Assembly (NCBI GenBank): GCA_038087875.1
Contig: CM075991.1
Coordinates: 4,402,001-4,466,000, forward strand
Direction: 5' to 3'
Source of the DNA: Malacoraja senta
Lineage: Eukaryota
Length of the DNA: 64,000 nt
Positions 1 through 12,737 of this stretch are shown in pieces. The notes below the pieces were generated by a model that saw only the letters and a program-made list of their open reading frames with translations, made no database searches and had not been told where the DNA came from. The position numbers and the translations under genes are program-made. Within the stretch, counting starts at the first letter, position 1. Every line of letters begins with the position of its first letter.

Positions 1-559
1 CCACCCACACACGGCACACACACACGGCACACATACCCATCAACCATCCCCCTGCCCACCAACAACCCACCCCAGCCCTTCTTCTACCCATTCCTCATCC
101 ATCAAGCCGTCCCCAATACCTCTCCTCATCATGAACCAACCCCATCACCAAACCAATATCTACACATCTCCCTCCCCACCCCTCCATCGTTCTCCCCATC
201 ACCAGCCCATAACCATCTCCGTCAACCCCCCCCCCCTCGACCATCACGCACACCAACCTCCCTTCCATTGACTCCATCTACACCTCACGCTGCCTCGGCA
301 AGTCCACCAGCATAATTAAGGATGAGTCGCACTCCCTCTCCCCTCAGGCAAGACATATAGAAGTGTGAAAACACACACCTCCAGATTCAGGGACAGTTTC
401 ATCCCAGCTGTTATCAGGCAACTGAACCATCCTACCAACAACTGGAGAGCAGTGCAGAACTACTGTCTACCTCACTGGAGACCCTGGACTATCTTTAATT
501 GGGCTTACTGGATATTATCTTGCATTAAACATTATTCACATTGTTCCCTTTATCATGTG

Positions 560-1035
560 TAAGAAAGAACTGCAGATGCTGGTTTAAATCAACGGTAGAC
601 ACAAAATGCTGGAGTAACTCTGCGGGTGAGGCAGCATCTCTGGAGAGAAGGAATGGGTGATGTTTCGGGTTGAGACCCTTCTTCAGACTGATGTCAGGGG
701 AAGGGGTGGGACAGAGATAGAATGTGGTCGGAGACAGTAAGACAGTCGTTTAGTTGTCTCATTGTCTGCACTCGTTTTCAAAGAGCCCACAGCTAACAAT
801 GGCCTGTTTCTTTTGTTACTTTTTTGCATATCTTTCATTAATTTATTCCATATCTCTCCACATCACCGTCCATATCTCTCGTTGTCCCTCTTCCCTGACT
901 CTCAGGCTGAAGAGGGGTCTCGACCCGAAACGTCACCCATTCCTTTTCTCCGGAGATGCTGCCTGACCCGCTGAGTTACTCCAGGTTTTTGTGTCTATCT
1001 TTGGTTTTAAACCAGCATCTACAGTTCCTTCCCAC
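560..1035. mobile_element. Pair of oppositely oriented Penelope pseudo-LTR fragments
   Basis: Minus copy about 560-760 and plus copy about 785-1035 of the GAGATGCTGCCTGACCCGCTGAGTTACTCCAG module, each with a hammerhead-type core. Confidence 0.75.
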
Positions 1036-1183
1036 AAGGCTCTTGCCTTCTCCTGTTTCCAGAGGTCTCTGGCAGTGCAGATTATTCCATCAGTGGATCT
1101 CTGCCGCCACCTAGTGTGACCTCCCATTACTGCTGCTCTCTTGTGTTTTCAGAGCTCAGTCAATCTCCTATCTGCTGCCAAGA

Positions 1184-1672
1184 TGAGACCAAGCGGAGGC
1201 TTGGCGATCGTTTCGCCGAACACCTCCGGTCGGTCCGCAATAACCAACCTGAACTCCCGGTTGCTCAGCACTTTAACTCCCCCTCCCATTCCGTATCTGA
1301 CCTCTCAGTCCTGGGTCTCCTCCATGGCCACAGCGAGCAACACCGTAAATTGGAGGAAATGCACCTCATATTCCGCTTGGGCAGTCTACATCCTGGGGGT
1401 TTGAACATTGAATTCTCCCAATTCTGCTAGCCCTTGCTGTCCCCTCCCCTTCATCAGCCATCTGGTTGTCTCCTCCCCTCCCCCAGCCCTCGGGCTCCTC
1501 CTCCGCCTTTTTCCTTTTTTCCTTTCTTCTCCCCACCCCCTATCAGTCTGAAGAAGGGTTTCGGCCCGAAACGTTACCTATTTCCTTCGCTCCATAGATG
1601 CTGCTGCACCCACTGAGTTTCTCCAGCATTTTTGTGTACCTTCGATTTTCCAGCATCTGCAGTTCCTTCTTT
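1184..1672 (+). mobile_element. Penelope-like element 3' end: GIY-YIG endonuclease tail plus pseudo-LTR with hammerhead motif
   Basis: ETKRRLGDRFAEHLRSVR...PVAQHFNSPSH...LEEMHLIFRLGSLHPGGLN is the C-terminal half of a PLE GIY-YIG domain, followed by CTGAAGA-GGGT/GCCC-GAAACGTT at 1548-1575. Confidence 0.85.
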
Positions 1673-4600
1673 AACATCCTATCTGCTGCCATCTGGTTCA
1701 CTCCCTGATCCAGAATGTGAGCCAGGGCTACTGGGTGTGAGTGAGCTGTGCAGCCAAAGCCAATGTGGATTCCGCCAAGGTTTGCTGGATCTCCCAGCTG
1801 CTCGCCAATTTAACTTCCTTTCCCAGTCCCACACTGATCTTGTGTGCAGGAAGGAACTGCAGATGCTGGTTTAAACCGAAGATAGACACAAAAAGCTGGA
1901 GTAACTCAGCGGGACAGACAGCATCTTTGGAGAAAAGGAATAGGTGATGTTTCGGGTCAAGACCGTTCTTCAGGGTCTCTACCCAAAACGTCGCCCATTG
2001 CTTCTCTCCTGAGATGCTGCCTGCCCCTGTGAGTTACTCCAGCATTTTGTGTCCCCTCAGCAAACAATGGACCATTCTACATTTTCCTTGATCATCGTCG
2101 CCTTTGATCTGTCATGTTCTAACCCAGTGAGGAATGTGGAGGAGTCACTGTGGTGGATGTTTATGTTAAAAAGTATTTTGTGTATTTGTTGCTTTTTATT
2201 GGTATGACTGTATGGCAAATCAAATTCCTCATATGTTGCAAAACATACTTGGCTAATAAAGTATGATTATGATTATGATTATTTTGATTAATATCCATGT
2301 GCCTGTTTAAAAGTCTTAAACACTACTCTTGTATCTGCCCACCTGCTGCCACATTCCAGGCAAACACCTCTCTTTTTGTTAAAAAAAAATGTACCCCACA
2401 CATCTGCTTAAAAATTTGCCCCTCTCGCCTTGAATTTTTAGTTGCAATTTTCATTACACTCTTTGATGTTTTAGTTTATAGTTTAGTTTAGAGATACAGC
2501 GTGGAAACAGGCCCTTCGGCCCACCGAGCCCACACTGACCAGTGATCTCTGCACATTAACACTATCCTACACACACTAGGGCTAACTTACATTTGAACCA
2601 AGCCAATTAACATACAAACCTGTACGTCTTTGGAGTGTGCGAGGAAACCGAAGATCTCGGTTACCAAAAACACCTGCTTGGCTGACAGGGATAAAGGACA
2701 GAGGTTCTGTTAAGTGATGAGATCCAGGTTCAAGGGCATATAAAAGGTCAGTCAAAGGAAAATGTGAGGTCACGTGCTTTTATCCTTTATTTTGGGGATC
2801 AGGGCTTCGCTGGCAGATCTGGGCTTCCTCTGAGAAGGGTCCCGATCCGAAACGTCACCTATCCATGTTTAGTTTTGTTTTAGTTTTGTGTTAGCTGTTA
2901 GAAAAAACTTCTCTATTGCATCTACCCGATTTATTCCTCTCGAATAGAAGATGTGATCCATATCCCACCGACCTACAATCCCCGCACATTAAAACCATCC
3001 TACACACACTAGGGACAATTGACACATACACCAAGCCAATTAACCTACAAACCTGTACATCTTTGGAGTGTGGGAGGAAACCGAAGATCTCGGAGAAACT
3101 CCACGCAGGTCACGGGGAGGACGTACAAACTCCATTCCATTAGCTCATTGCACAGTCCTGAGACAGACGGTGATAATGGAGGAACATAGAACATTATAAA
3201 AGTACAGCACGGTAGCAGGCGCTTCAGCTGACAATGTCTACCCACAATGATGCCAAGCTGCACTAATCGTGTCCGCCTGCATGTTGTCGAGTCATATTGT
3301 CACAGAGTGATACAGTGCGGAAACAGGCCCTTCAGCCCAACTTGCCCACACCAGCCAACACGTCCCAACTACACTAGTCCCAGCTGCCTGCGTTTGATCC
3401 TTATCCCTCCAAACCAGTTATATCCATGTACCTGTCTAATTGTTTCTTAAATGTTGGGCCTCAACTACCTCCTCTGGCAGCTTGTTCCATACACCCACCA
3501 CCCTTTGTGTGAAAAGGTGACCCCTCGGATTCCTATTAAATCTTTTCTCCTTCACCCTAAACCCATGTTCTCTGGTCCTCGATTCACCTACTCTGGGCAA
3601 GAGAGTCCGTACATCTACCCGAAGATAGACACACAAAGCTGGAGTAACTCAGCGGGACAGGCAGCATCTCTGGAGAGAAGGAATGGGTGACCTTTCGGGT
3701 CGAGACCCTTCTTCAGACTGGTTAGGGATAAGGGAAAAGGATGGGATATAGATGGTGATGTAGAGAGATAAAGAACAATGAATGAAAGATAGGTAACAAT
3801 GATAAAGGAAACAGGCCATTGTTAGCTGTTTGTTGGGTGAAAACCTCTCTCACTGCCGATCTATTGCATCTACCCGATTTATTCCTCTCGAATAGAATAT
3901 GTGATCCATATCCCACCATTCCCTGCACATGTCCGGTCATTTAGGAATAACACCTTGCTCCAGAGATACCAGGGTGAGATTTAGTACAAGGACTAAAGAT
4001 CTGATGACCTCCACGATCTGGAAGGACATAGTTCAGCCTATGAGAGGTCAGGATGAGTATACTGTTTATTCTTCTCCAGTGAATGGAGAATAGAACGGTT
4101 CTTCTCTCTGCTTCACTGGTGCATCGTTTGAGCTCATTCAGGAGCTGCATGAATGGGACTCTTTCTTCAGAGCGGACGTCGCCAATTTGTAGAAAATCAA
4201 TTAAGGGAGGCTGGATGAAGGAGAGGGGCCGCTCAACCAGTGGCTCCATTCACCTGGGGAAGCTTGGCAATGGCTGGGTTGCCATCCGTGCTGTGTTGCA
4301 GCTGGTAATTTGTGGAAGCAGACACCACTATGTCGAACGCTGCCCCTCGTGGGGTCAGTGACTGAGGCAACGGTGCAAAGCTTGTCCGCCACCACGGTCT
4401 GCGGATGGGGAGGGAGGGGACCGAAGAAGGTTGACATCATTTAGACATGCCGTGCCACCTGCCGAGACAGTCTGCCTTGGCAGAGCATGCGTTTGTGCGT
4501 GCCTTTAATCCACATTGCATCTACTCTTTCTCAAAAGTTGTATTTCCTAAATGTGGATTGAAAAATGGTTTGGTTTTTCAGATTAGCTCAGAGCGAGGGC

Positions 4601-5319
4601 GTGGCGGGGACTTACCATCAGGAGCAGGGTCACTCGCCGGGGATCCCTGGAGAGGAGCTTCGACCGCCGGCCCTGCAGTCTGCGGTGCTTCTGGCTGCGG
4701 CGTGGCGGGAACTTTAAATCTTCGACCGCCGGCCTGCAGCCTACACCAATTTGAAGCCGCGGTCTCCGGTGGGGAGGCAACGATTCAGGACTTACCTGGA
4801 CTTTATCTGGACTTTGCCTTGTCTGAGGGTTGAGGTCCCGACCACGGGGGGAAATGGCCAGATTTTGTGCCTTCCACCACAGTGATGAATGGATGTTTGT
4901 GTTAAAGGTGGATGTTTGTGTTAAAATTTTTTATTGTGTTCTTGTGTGTTCTTTTTCATTGTACCGCTGCTGGCAAATTCATTTCACTTGCACTTTATGT
5001 GCAAGTGACGAATAAAACTGATATTGATATTGATTGATATTGAGATACAATGTGGGAACAGGCACTGGGGCCCACCGAGTCGTGAGCAGGCAGGAAAATG
5101 GGATTAGGAGGCAGAGATCTGCCATGATTGAATGGCGGAGTGGACGCGATGGGCTGAATGGCCTAATTCTACTGCTGTAACTTGTGAACTTGTGAGTCTG
5201 TGCCGACCAGCGATCCCCAACACTAGCACCATTCTATACACTAGGGATAATTTACAATTAACCTGCAAACCTGCACGTCTTTGCAATGTAGATGGGAGAT
5301 CAGTTGTTTTCTAAACCTT

Positions 5320-5800
5320 TTAATTCTCCTTCCCACTCCCACACTGACCTTTCTGTCCTAGGCCTCCTCCATTGTCAGAATGAGGCTAAATGCAAATTGG
5401 AGGAACAGCACCTCATATTTCACTTGGGCAGCTTGTAGCCCAGTGGTATGATTATTGATTTCTCTAACTTCAAGTAACCCCTGCATTCCCTCTCTCTCCA
5501 TTCCTCCCCCACCCAAATCACACCAGCTTTTCATTCTCACCTAGCATACAGCTAACAATGGCCTGTTTCCTTTAGCATTCTTATTTTTTTTGCATATCTT
5601 TCATTCATTTGTTCTATATTTCTCTACATCACCATCTATTTCTCTCGTTTCCTTTTCCCATGACTCAGTCTGAAGAAGGGACTCGACCCAAAGTCTCACC
5701 CATTCCTTCTCTCCAGAGATGCTGCCTATCCCACTGAGTTACTCCAGCTTTTTGTATCTATCTTCGGTTTAAACCAGCATCTGCAGTTCCTTCCTACAAA
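5320..5800 (+). mobile_element. Degenerate Penelope-like 3' end plus pseudo-LTR
   Basis: AAATTGGAGGAACAGCACCTCATATTTCACTTGGGCAGC matches the 1184-1430 copy; followed by the same pLTR module. Confidence 0.75.
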
Positions 5801-5825
5801 TCTTGCTTTCAATCTCTCTATATAT

Positions 5826-6052
<227 letters not shown>

Positions 6053-8352
6053 TCCCTAGTTATTTCTCTATGTCCATCTCTATCTGCCCACATTTCTTCC
6101 TTTCTACATCAATGACTTACCTTCTCTCTATATCTATATACCTCTCTCTCTGTGTCTTTATTACAATCTCTGCCATTATCCTCTCTCTCTCACTCTCTCT
6201 CCCACTTTGCTCTTTACATCTCTCTATTTCCCTCCCCCTCCCCCTCCCACCCTCTCTCCCTCCCTCCAGCCCAAGTATCGTGCTGCTTGCTGTATTTGAC
6301 CATGGGAGCTTGGGTTTCATATCTCCGGTCTGCTCACAGTGCGTCAGGATAGAGTTACATAGGCCTTCAGTTCCACTTGAGGAATTTCATAATTAATAAT
6401 GCTTTCTGTGAATAAAAAAATCCATACAGCCTGAGCGGAGATGCCTGACCTTGCCTGCCCTCAGTGGATCGGTAGCCTTGAGCTGAGCCCAGGCTGCTCA
6501 TAATAGGTATTAAAGCTGACCTGCTGGCATGAGGCTGAAAAATACGCTACTCAATTTACCTCTAGACCTGAAATACAGGAATGAAACTATAGTCCGTCAT
6601 ATTTCTTTTTATCTCACTGATTCCAGTAATTACTGCCTCTCAGTTCTGCACCTCTAGTGGTGGCTGAGCGGAAGGAGGATTGATCTGGACATTGAGGGGG
6701 GGGGGGTCAATCTATCGGCTTTCTCAGTGTGGTATGGTGGCGCAGTGGTAGAGTAGCTGCCTCACAGCGCCAGAGACCCGGGTTCGATCCTGACTACTGG
6801 TGCTGAGATTGTACCTTCTCCTCATGACCTGACAGTAGACAATAGACAATAGGTGCAGGAGTAGGCTGTTCGGCCCTTCGACCCAGCACCGCCACTCAAT
6901 GTGATCATGGCTGATCATCCCCAATCAATACCCCTTTCCTGCCTTCTCCCCATATCCCCTGACTCCGCTATTTTTAAGAGCCCGATCTAGCTCTCTCTTG
7001 AAAGCATCCAGAGAACCTGCCTCCACCGCCCTCTGAGGCAGAGAATTTCACAGACTCACCACTCTCTGTGAGAAAAAGTGTTTCCTCGTCTCCGATCTAA
7101 ATGGCTTACTCTTTATTCTTAAACTGTGGCCCCTGGTTCTGGACTCCCCCAACATTGGGAACATGTTTCCTGCCTCTAGCGTGTCCAAATCCACCTGCGT
7201 GGGCTTTACCCAGCAGCTCCGGTTTCTTCCCACATTTCAAAGATGTACACAGGTTTGTGGGTAAAATGGCTTGGTAAAATTGTAAATTGTCCATAGTGCG
7301 TGCAGAATAGTGTTAGTGTGATGGGATCACTGGTTGGTGCCGACTCGGTGGGCCGAAGGCCCCGTTTCTGTGCTGCATCACTAAACTAAACTAAAGTGCA
7401 GGCCAGAGAGCTGCTCGGGTTCATAAGTTCTCGGAGAAGAATTAGGCCATTCAGCCCATCAAGTCTACTCCAGCATTCAATCATGGCTGATCTATCTTTC
7501 CCTCCCAACCCCATTCTCCTGCCTTCTCCCCATAACCCCTGACACCCATACTAGTCAAGAATCTGTCAATCTACGTCTTAAAGACATCCATTGACTCGGC
7601 CTCCACAACCATCTGTGGCAATGAAATCCACAGATTCACCATCCTTTGACTAAAGAAATTCCTCCTCCTCTCATTCCAAAAGGTACGTCCTTTCATTCTG
7701 AAGCTATGGCCTCTGGTCCGAGACTCTCCCATTAGTGGAAACATCCTCTCCACATCCATTCTATCCAGGCCTTTTACTATTCGGTAAGTTTCAAAGAGGT
7801 TCCCCCTCATCCTTCTAAACTCCAGCGCATACAGGCCCAGATGAGGTCTGATGTGAATTTTGGAAAAGTTAGATTGATTCTGTTCATATGTGGTACTTAA
7901 TATTCTCCCAGGAAACTGGCTGTAGCTTAACAGCAGGGATTATCCCAGGAGGATACTTTCTAACTTAGCAGCAAAGAGACCAAGGCTTCAAATCGGCATT
8001 AATTTAGGAATCCCCAGGCAGATTTAAGAGCCTGAGCTGAATTTAGAATGTGACAGATTGATTGATTCATAGCTTGAGTAAAGAAAATGGCTGACATTTC
8101 TCTGGCACCTTTAGCATCCCGTTCAGTCCAATTAACCTAACAACCCCGTGGGAGGGAAACGGAGCACCCGGAGGAAACCCAGGCAGTCACAGGGAGAACT
8201 CGTTAACACCACACACATAACACCGGAGGTCAGGATTGAACCTGGGTCACTGATGCTGTTTGTTATGCTTGCTGCTTGCTGCTGGCCAGATTTTCATCGC
8301 CCCTCTACCTCACCGTCCTTGTGCATGTGACAATAAACCCGACGTGACTTAA

Positions 8353-8661
8353 GGGCGGCACGGTGGTAGAGTTGCTGCCTTACATCGCTTGCAGCGCCGG
8401 AGACCCGGGTTCGATCACGACCACAGGTGCTGTCTGTACGGAGTTTGCACGTTCTCCCCGTGACCGCGTGGGTTTTCTCCGAGATCTTCAGTTTCCTTCC
8501 ACACTCCATAGACGTACAGGTTTGTTGGTTATTTGGCTTGGTATCGGTGTAAATTGTCCCCAGTGTGTGTAGGATAGCGTTAATGTGCTGGTATCGCTGA
8601 TCGGTGCGGACTCGTTGGACCGAAGGATCTGTTTCCGCGCTGTATCTCTAAACTAAACTAA
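8353..8661 (+). mobile_element. HE1-type tRNA-derived V-SINE (representative; dozens of full or partial copies in the window)
   Basis: tRNA-like head with B box GGTTCGATC, V-domain GGAGTTTGCACGTTCTCCCCGTG...TTTCC, CR1-like 3' end and (CTAAA)n tail. Confidence 0.88.
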
Positions 8662-9760
8662 ATGGTAAATACCAAGATGGCAATTGTGTGAGTTGGGAGA
8701 GGGGTGGGTGGATGTTTGGCAGGGGTCAAAGGTGAGAAACCAGGGAGGGGTCACCATCAGAACAGCCTGGTCGAGGGTGGCTCTGATTAGAGCCACAGAG
8801 TTTAGTTTAGTTTAAATGGTGATTTAGATTTAGCTTAATTAAATGGTGGCTCCGCCTGTGCCTGCATTTAGTTTAGTTTAGTTTAGAGATACAGCGCGGA
8901 AACAGGCCCTTCGGTCCAACGAGTCCGCACCGACCAGGGATCCCCGCACATTAACGCTATCCTACACACACTGGGGACAATTTACACTTATGCCAAGCCA
9001 ATTAACCTACAAACATGGACACCAATGGAGAGTGGGAGGAAACTGAAGATCTCGGAGAAAACCCACGCGGTCACGGGGAGAACGTGCAAACTCCGTACAG
9101 ACAGCACCTGTGGTCGGGGTCGAACCACAAGTCTGAGCCAACCAGCGATCCCCGTACACCAGCACTACCCTACACACCGGGGACAATTTACAATCTTTAC
9201 CGAAGCCAATTAAACTACAAATCTATACGTCTTTGGAGAGTAGGAGGAAACTGGAGCATCCGGGGAAAACCCACGCGGTCACATGGAGAGCGTACAAACT
9301 CCGTACAGACATGTGAGGCAGCAGTTCTACCCGCTGTGCTACCGTGCCGTGTGTGCAATCAAAATGAGAGAGAACCAGAGATGTGGCACCAACATGTTCA
9401 TCCCAGTTCTCAACGCACCATCATGCTTCACAAGAGAGGGTGCAGTGGAGGTTCACCATGATGTGGAGTGGAGTGTTTCAGTTATAAAGAGAAATTGGAT
9501 CATCTGGACCTGTTTTCTCAGATTGCCAGGTTCTTTTGCATCCACTCTCTGCACACCAGGGACAATTTGGAGGCCAATTAACCCACAAACCCGATGTGGG
9601 AGAAAAGTAAGTAAGTACGTAAGTTTATTGGCCAAGTATTCACATACAAGGAATTTGCCTTGGTGCTCCGCCCACAAGAAACAACATGACACACAGTGAC
9701 AGTTACGACTGACTCAGAAAACACTAAACATTAATAATAATAAAACATTAATGATAAAAC

Positions 9761-10600
9761 TTAGATTAGATTAGAGATTCCTTTATTTGTCATTCAGACC
9801 TTTCGGTCTGAACGAAATTTCGTTGCCTGCAGTCATACATATAATAATAAATAACAAAACACACAATAAACACAAATTAACATCCACCACAGTGAGTTCA
9901 CCAGGTACCTCCTCACTGTGATGGAGGCAAAAGTCTTAAAGTCTCTGTCTCTTCCCTCCTTGTTCTCCCTCTGCGCTGAGGTGATCCAGGCTTCTGATGT
10001 TGTGACCCCACCGGGTGATGGTAATAAGGCAATCCCGCGGCTGAATCCGTGCTCCGTCCGCGACGGGCCGGTTCAAACTCCGCGGCCCGGGTTGGCCGAG
10101 GCTGCCGAAGCTGCCGCCCTCCAGTCCAGCGGACGCAGCTGTAGTTGCGGGAGCCCCAGAAAAACAGGTCACCAACCTGTGACCTGCGAGCTCCCGACGA
10201 TGTCGTCCACTGGGCCAGCTGCGGCCGAGCCTCCGGATTCAGGTCGCCACCAGTGTCTTTGGTCGCCACCGCCGGAACGCCACCGCAGCCCCGAAGCAGG
10301 CCAGCCCCGCGCTGCCTCCGGAGCCTTGAGGTCTGTCGGTCGCTCGCAGCTGGAGTTGGAGGCCGGCAGCTCCGCCATTAGGCCTCAGCGCAGACGGATG
10401 CAGGGAAGGGGGATACGACAAGAAAAAGTCGCATTCCCCCGAAGGAAGAGACAAAAGTCATGTTTCACCCCCCACCCCACACATACACAACCCAATAAAC
10501 TAAAATTTAACTAAAACAGGACAAAAGAAAACAACAAAAAAAGTAAAGACAGACGGACTGCAGGCGAGCCGCTGCTGTACGACAGCGCCGCCACTTCTGG
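9761..10600 (-). mobile_element. GC-rich non-coding interspersed element, probably a non-autonomous retroelement
   Basis: Flanked by AAAAC direct repeats (9756-60 and 10601-05); (TCTAA)n tail preceded by AATAAA-like signal and hairpins; CpG-rich body; interrupts another repeat. Confidence 0.6.
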
Positions 10601-12062
10601 AAAACACCATTGATCAAGCATGTGAACCAACAAAATACCAGATCAAAAGGGAGAAATATATAAAACCCGGAGGAAATCCACGCGGTGTCGGGGAGAACAG
10701 TATTCAATTCAATTCAATTCAGTTTTATTTGTCATATGTAGGTTAACACAGGGTCAACGGTACAATGAAATGTGTTAGACAAGACAACGGGTCACCTCAG
10801 CAATAATATTACAAGGATAAAATAAGATAAAAATGACATTGGTTAGGTAAAAAGTCAATAATAAAATAATCAACGTATATGATGTGAAATTAACCAACAA
10901 ACCCGCACGTCTTTGCAATGTGGGAGGTCACCAGAGCAAACCCAGGTGGTCGCAGGGAGAACGTGCAAACTTCACACACACACAGCACCCCGAGGTTAGG
11001 ATCAAACCGGGGTCCCTGGCGCTGTGAGACAACAGCCCTACAAGGTGCGCCACTGTGCTGCCACTGGTGCAAGCTAGCCCTTTCACTCACTGTAATGTTG
11101 GGGTGTGTGTTGGCTGTTAAAATTACTGCAGCTCAGGAGACAGCAACCCACCATCATCACAAGGCTCCTGTGCCTTGGTTGCAGCTTCACTGACTGCCAC
11201 TGTAAGCGGCTGTGTTTGACCCGACCTTCCGCGCTTAAATGAACGAATGGAAGTGATATTCTGCTCCCCAGACCAGTTCTGAAAAACCCTCAACACACCA
11301 CACAGATTGGACAAACGTAAATATTTACCAGGGAGTTGCAATGAAAGTGAAGCAGGTTTGACAATTGCACAGCACAGCCTTGTGTTACTGGACAAAATGT
11401 AGTCTACTTGGGTTGTTAAATGTCTTCAGTTGCAGGAAAATTGAATCGTTTTACTTATATATATATAAAAAGAGCAAATGATTACAACAATGAGGGTCGA
11501 CAGAATGCCAGTAGGATAGCCCAACGATTAATACAATAAATAGACCCCTTCAAACTCTCAGCAAGGCACAGTTGGTGAAGTGAAGCGCAGAGCAGTACAA
11601 ACTTAAATTACAATTGAAAGACCAATGGTGAATGAGCAGAAATGTCAAACAGGAATGCTGCAATATGTCATACCTTATGTCATTTAGACTTTTAGACTTC
11701 AGAGACACAGCGTAGAAACAGTCCCTTCGGCCCACCGAGACCGAGATCACCCCGTATACTAGCACTATCCTGCAAGCCAGGGACAATTTACAATTTTACC
11801 GAAGCCAATTAGCCTGCAAACCTGTACATCTTTAGAGAGTGGGAGGAAACCGGAGCACCCGGAGGTCACAGGGAGAATGCACATAGTCCATACAGACAGC
11901 ACCCGTGGTCAGGATCGAACCTGGGTCTCTGGCGCTGTATGGTAGCAACTCTACCGCTGTGCTGCCCATTAGCTGGAAAGATTGCAGAGAAGATTTAGCA
12001 GGATGTTGCTCAAGAGCCTGAGCTGTACGGAGAGGTTGGGCAAGCTAGGACTTTATTTACTC

Positions 12063-12737
12063 GGCAGTGAAGAAAGCTAATGGAATGTTGGCCTTCATAA
12101 CAAGAGGATTTCAGTATAGGAGTAAAGAGGTTCTTCTGCAGTTGTATAGGGCTCTGGTGAGACCACATCTGGAGTATTGTGTACAGTTTTGGTCTCCCAA
12201 TTTGAGGAAGGACATCCTTGTGATTGAGGCAGTGCAGCGTAGGTTCACCAGATTGATCCCTGGGATGGCGGGACTGTCTTATGAGGAAAGATTGAAAAGA
12301 CTAGGCTTGTATTCACTGGAGTTTAGAAGGATGAGGGGGCATCTTATAGAAACATATAAACTTATAACAGGACTGGACAAGCTAGATGCAGGAAAAATGT
12401 TCCCAATGTTGGGCGAGTCCAGAACCAGGGGCCACAGTCTTAGAATAAAGGGGAGGTCATTTAAGACTGAGGTGAGAAAAAGCTTTTTCACCCAGAGGGT
12501 TGTGAATTTGTGGAATTCCCTGCCACAGAGGGCAGTGGAGGCCAAATCACTGGATGGATTTAAGAGAGAGTTAGATAGAGCTCTAGGGGCTAGTGGAATC
12601 AAGGGATATGGGGAGAAGGCAGACACGGGTTATTGATTGGGGACGATCAGCCATGACCACAATGAATGGCAGTGCTGGCACAAAGGGCCGAATGGCCTCC
12701 CCCTGCACCTAGTTTCTATGTTTCTATGTTTCTATGT
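12063..12737 (+). mobile_element. CR1/HER1 LINE 3' fragment
   Basis: ORF2 C-terminus LLQLYRALVRPHLEYCVQFWSP...RTRGHSLRI...FFTQRVVNLWNSLP, then 3' UTR and (TTTCTATG)n tail. Confidence 0.92.

Noticed and set aside
1101..1120. CTCF-like motif (CACTAGGTGGCGG on the minus strand) and a weaker one at about 6646-6665
   Set aside because: Partial motif matches alone are not enough without ChIP or conservation data.
8353..8430. tRNA-like sequences with A and B boxes (many copies)
   Set aside because: Each continues into the SINE V-domain and LINE-like tail; these are SINE heads, not tRNA genes.
9913..10514. Multiple overlapping ORFs up to 198 aa
   Set aside because: They lie inside a GC-rich TSD-flanked repeat and have no recognisable protein motifs.
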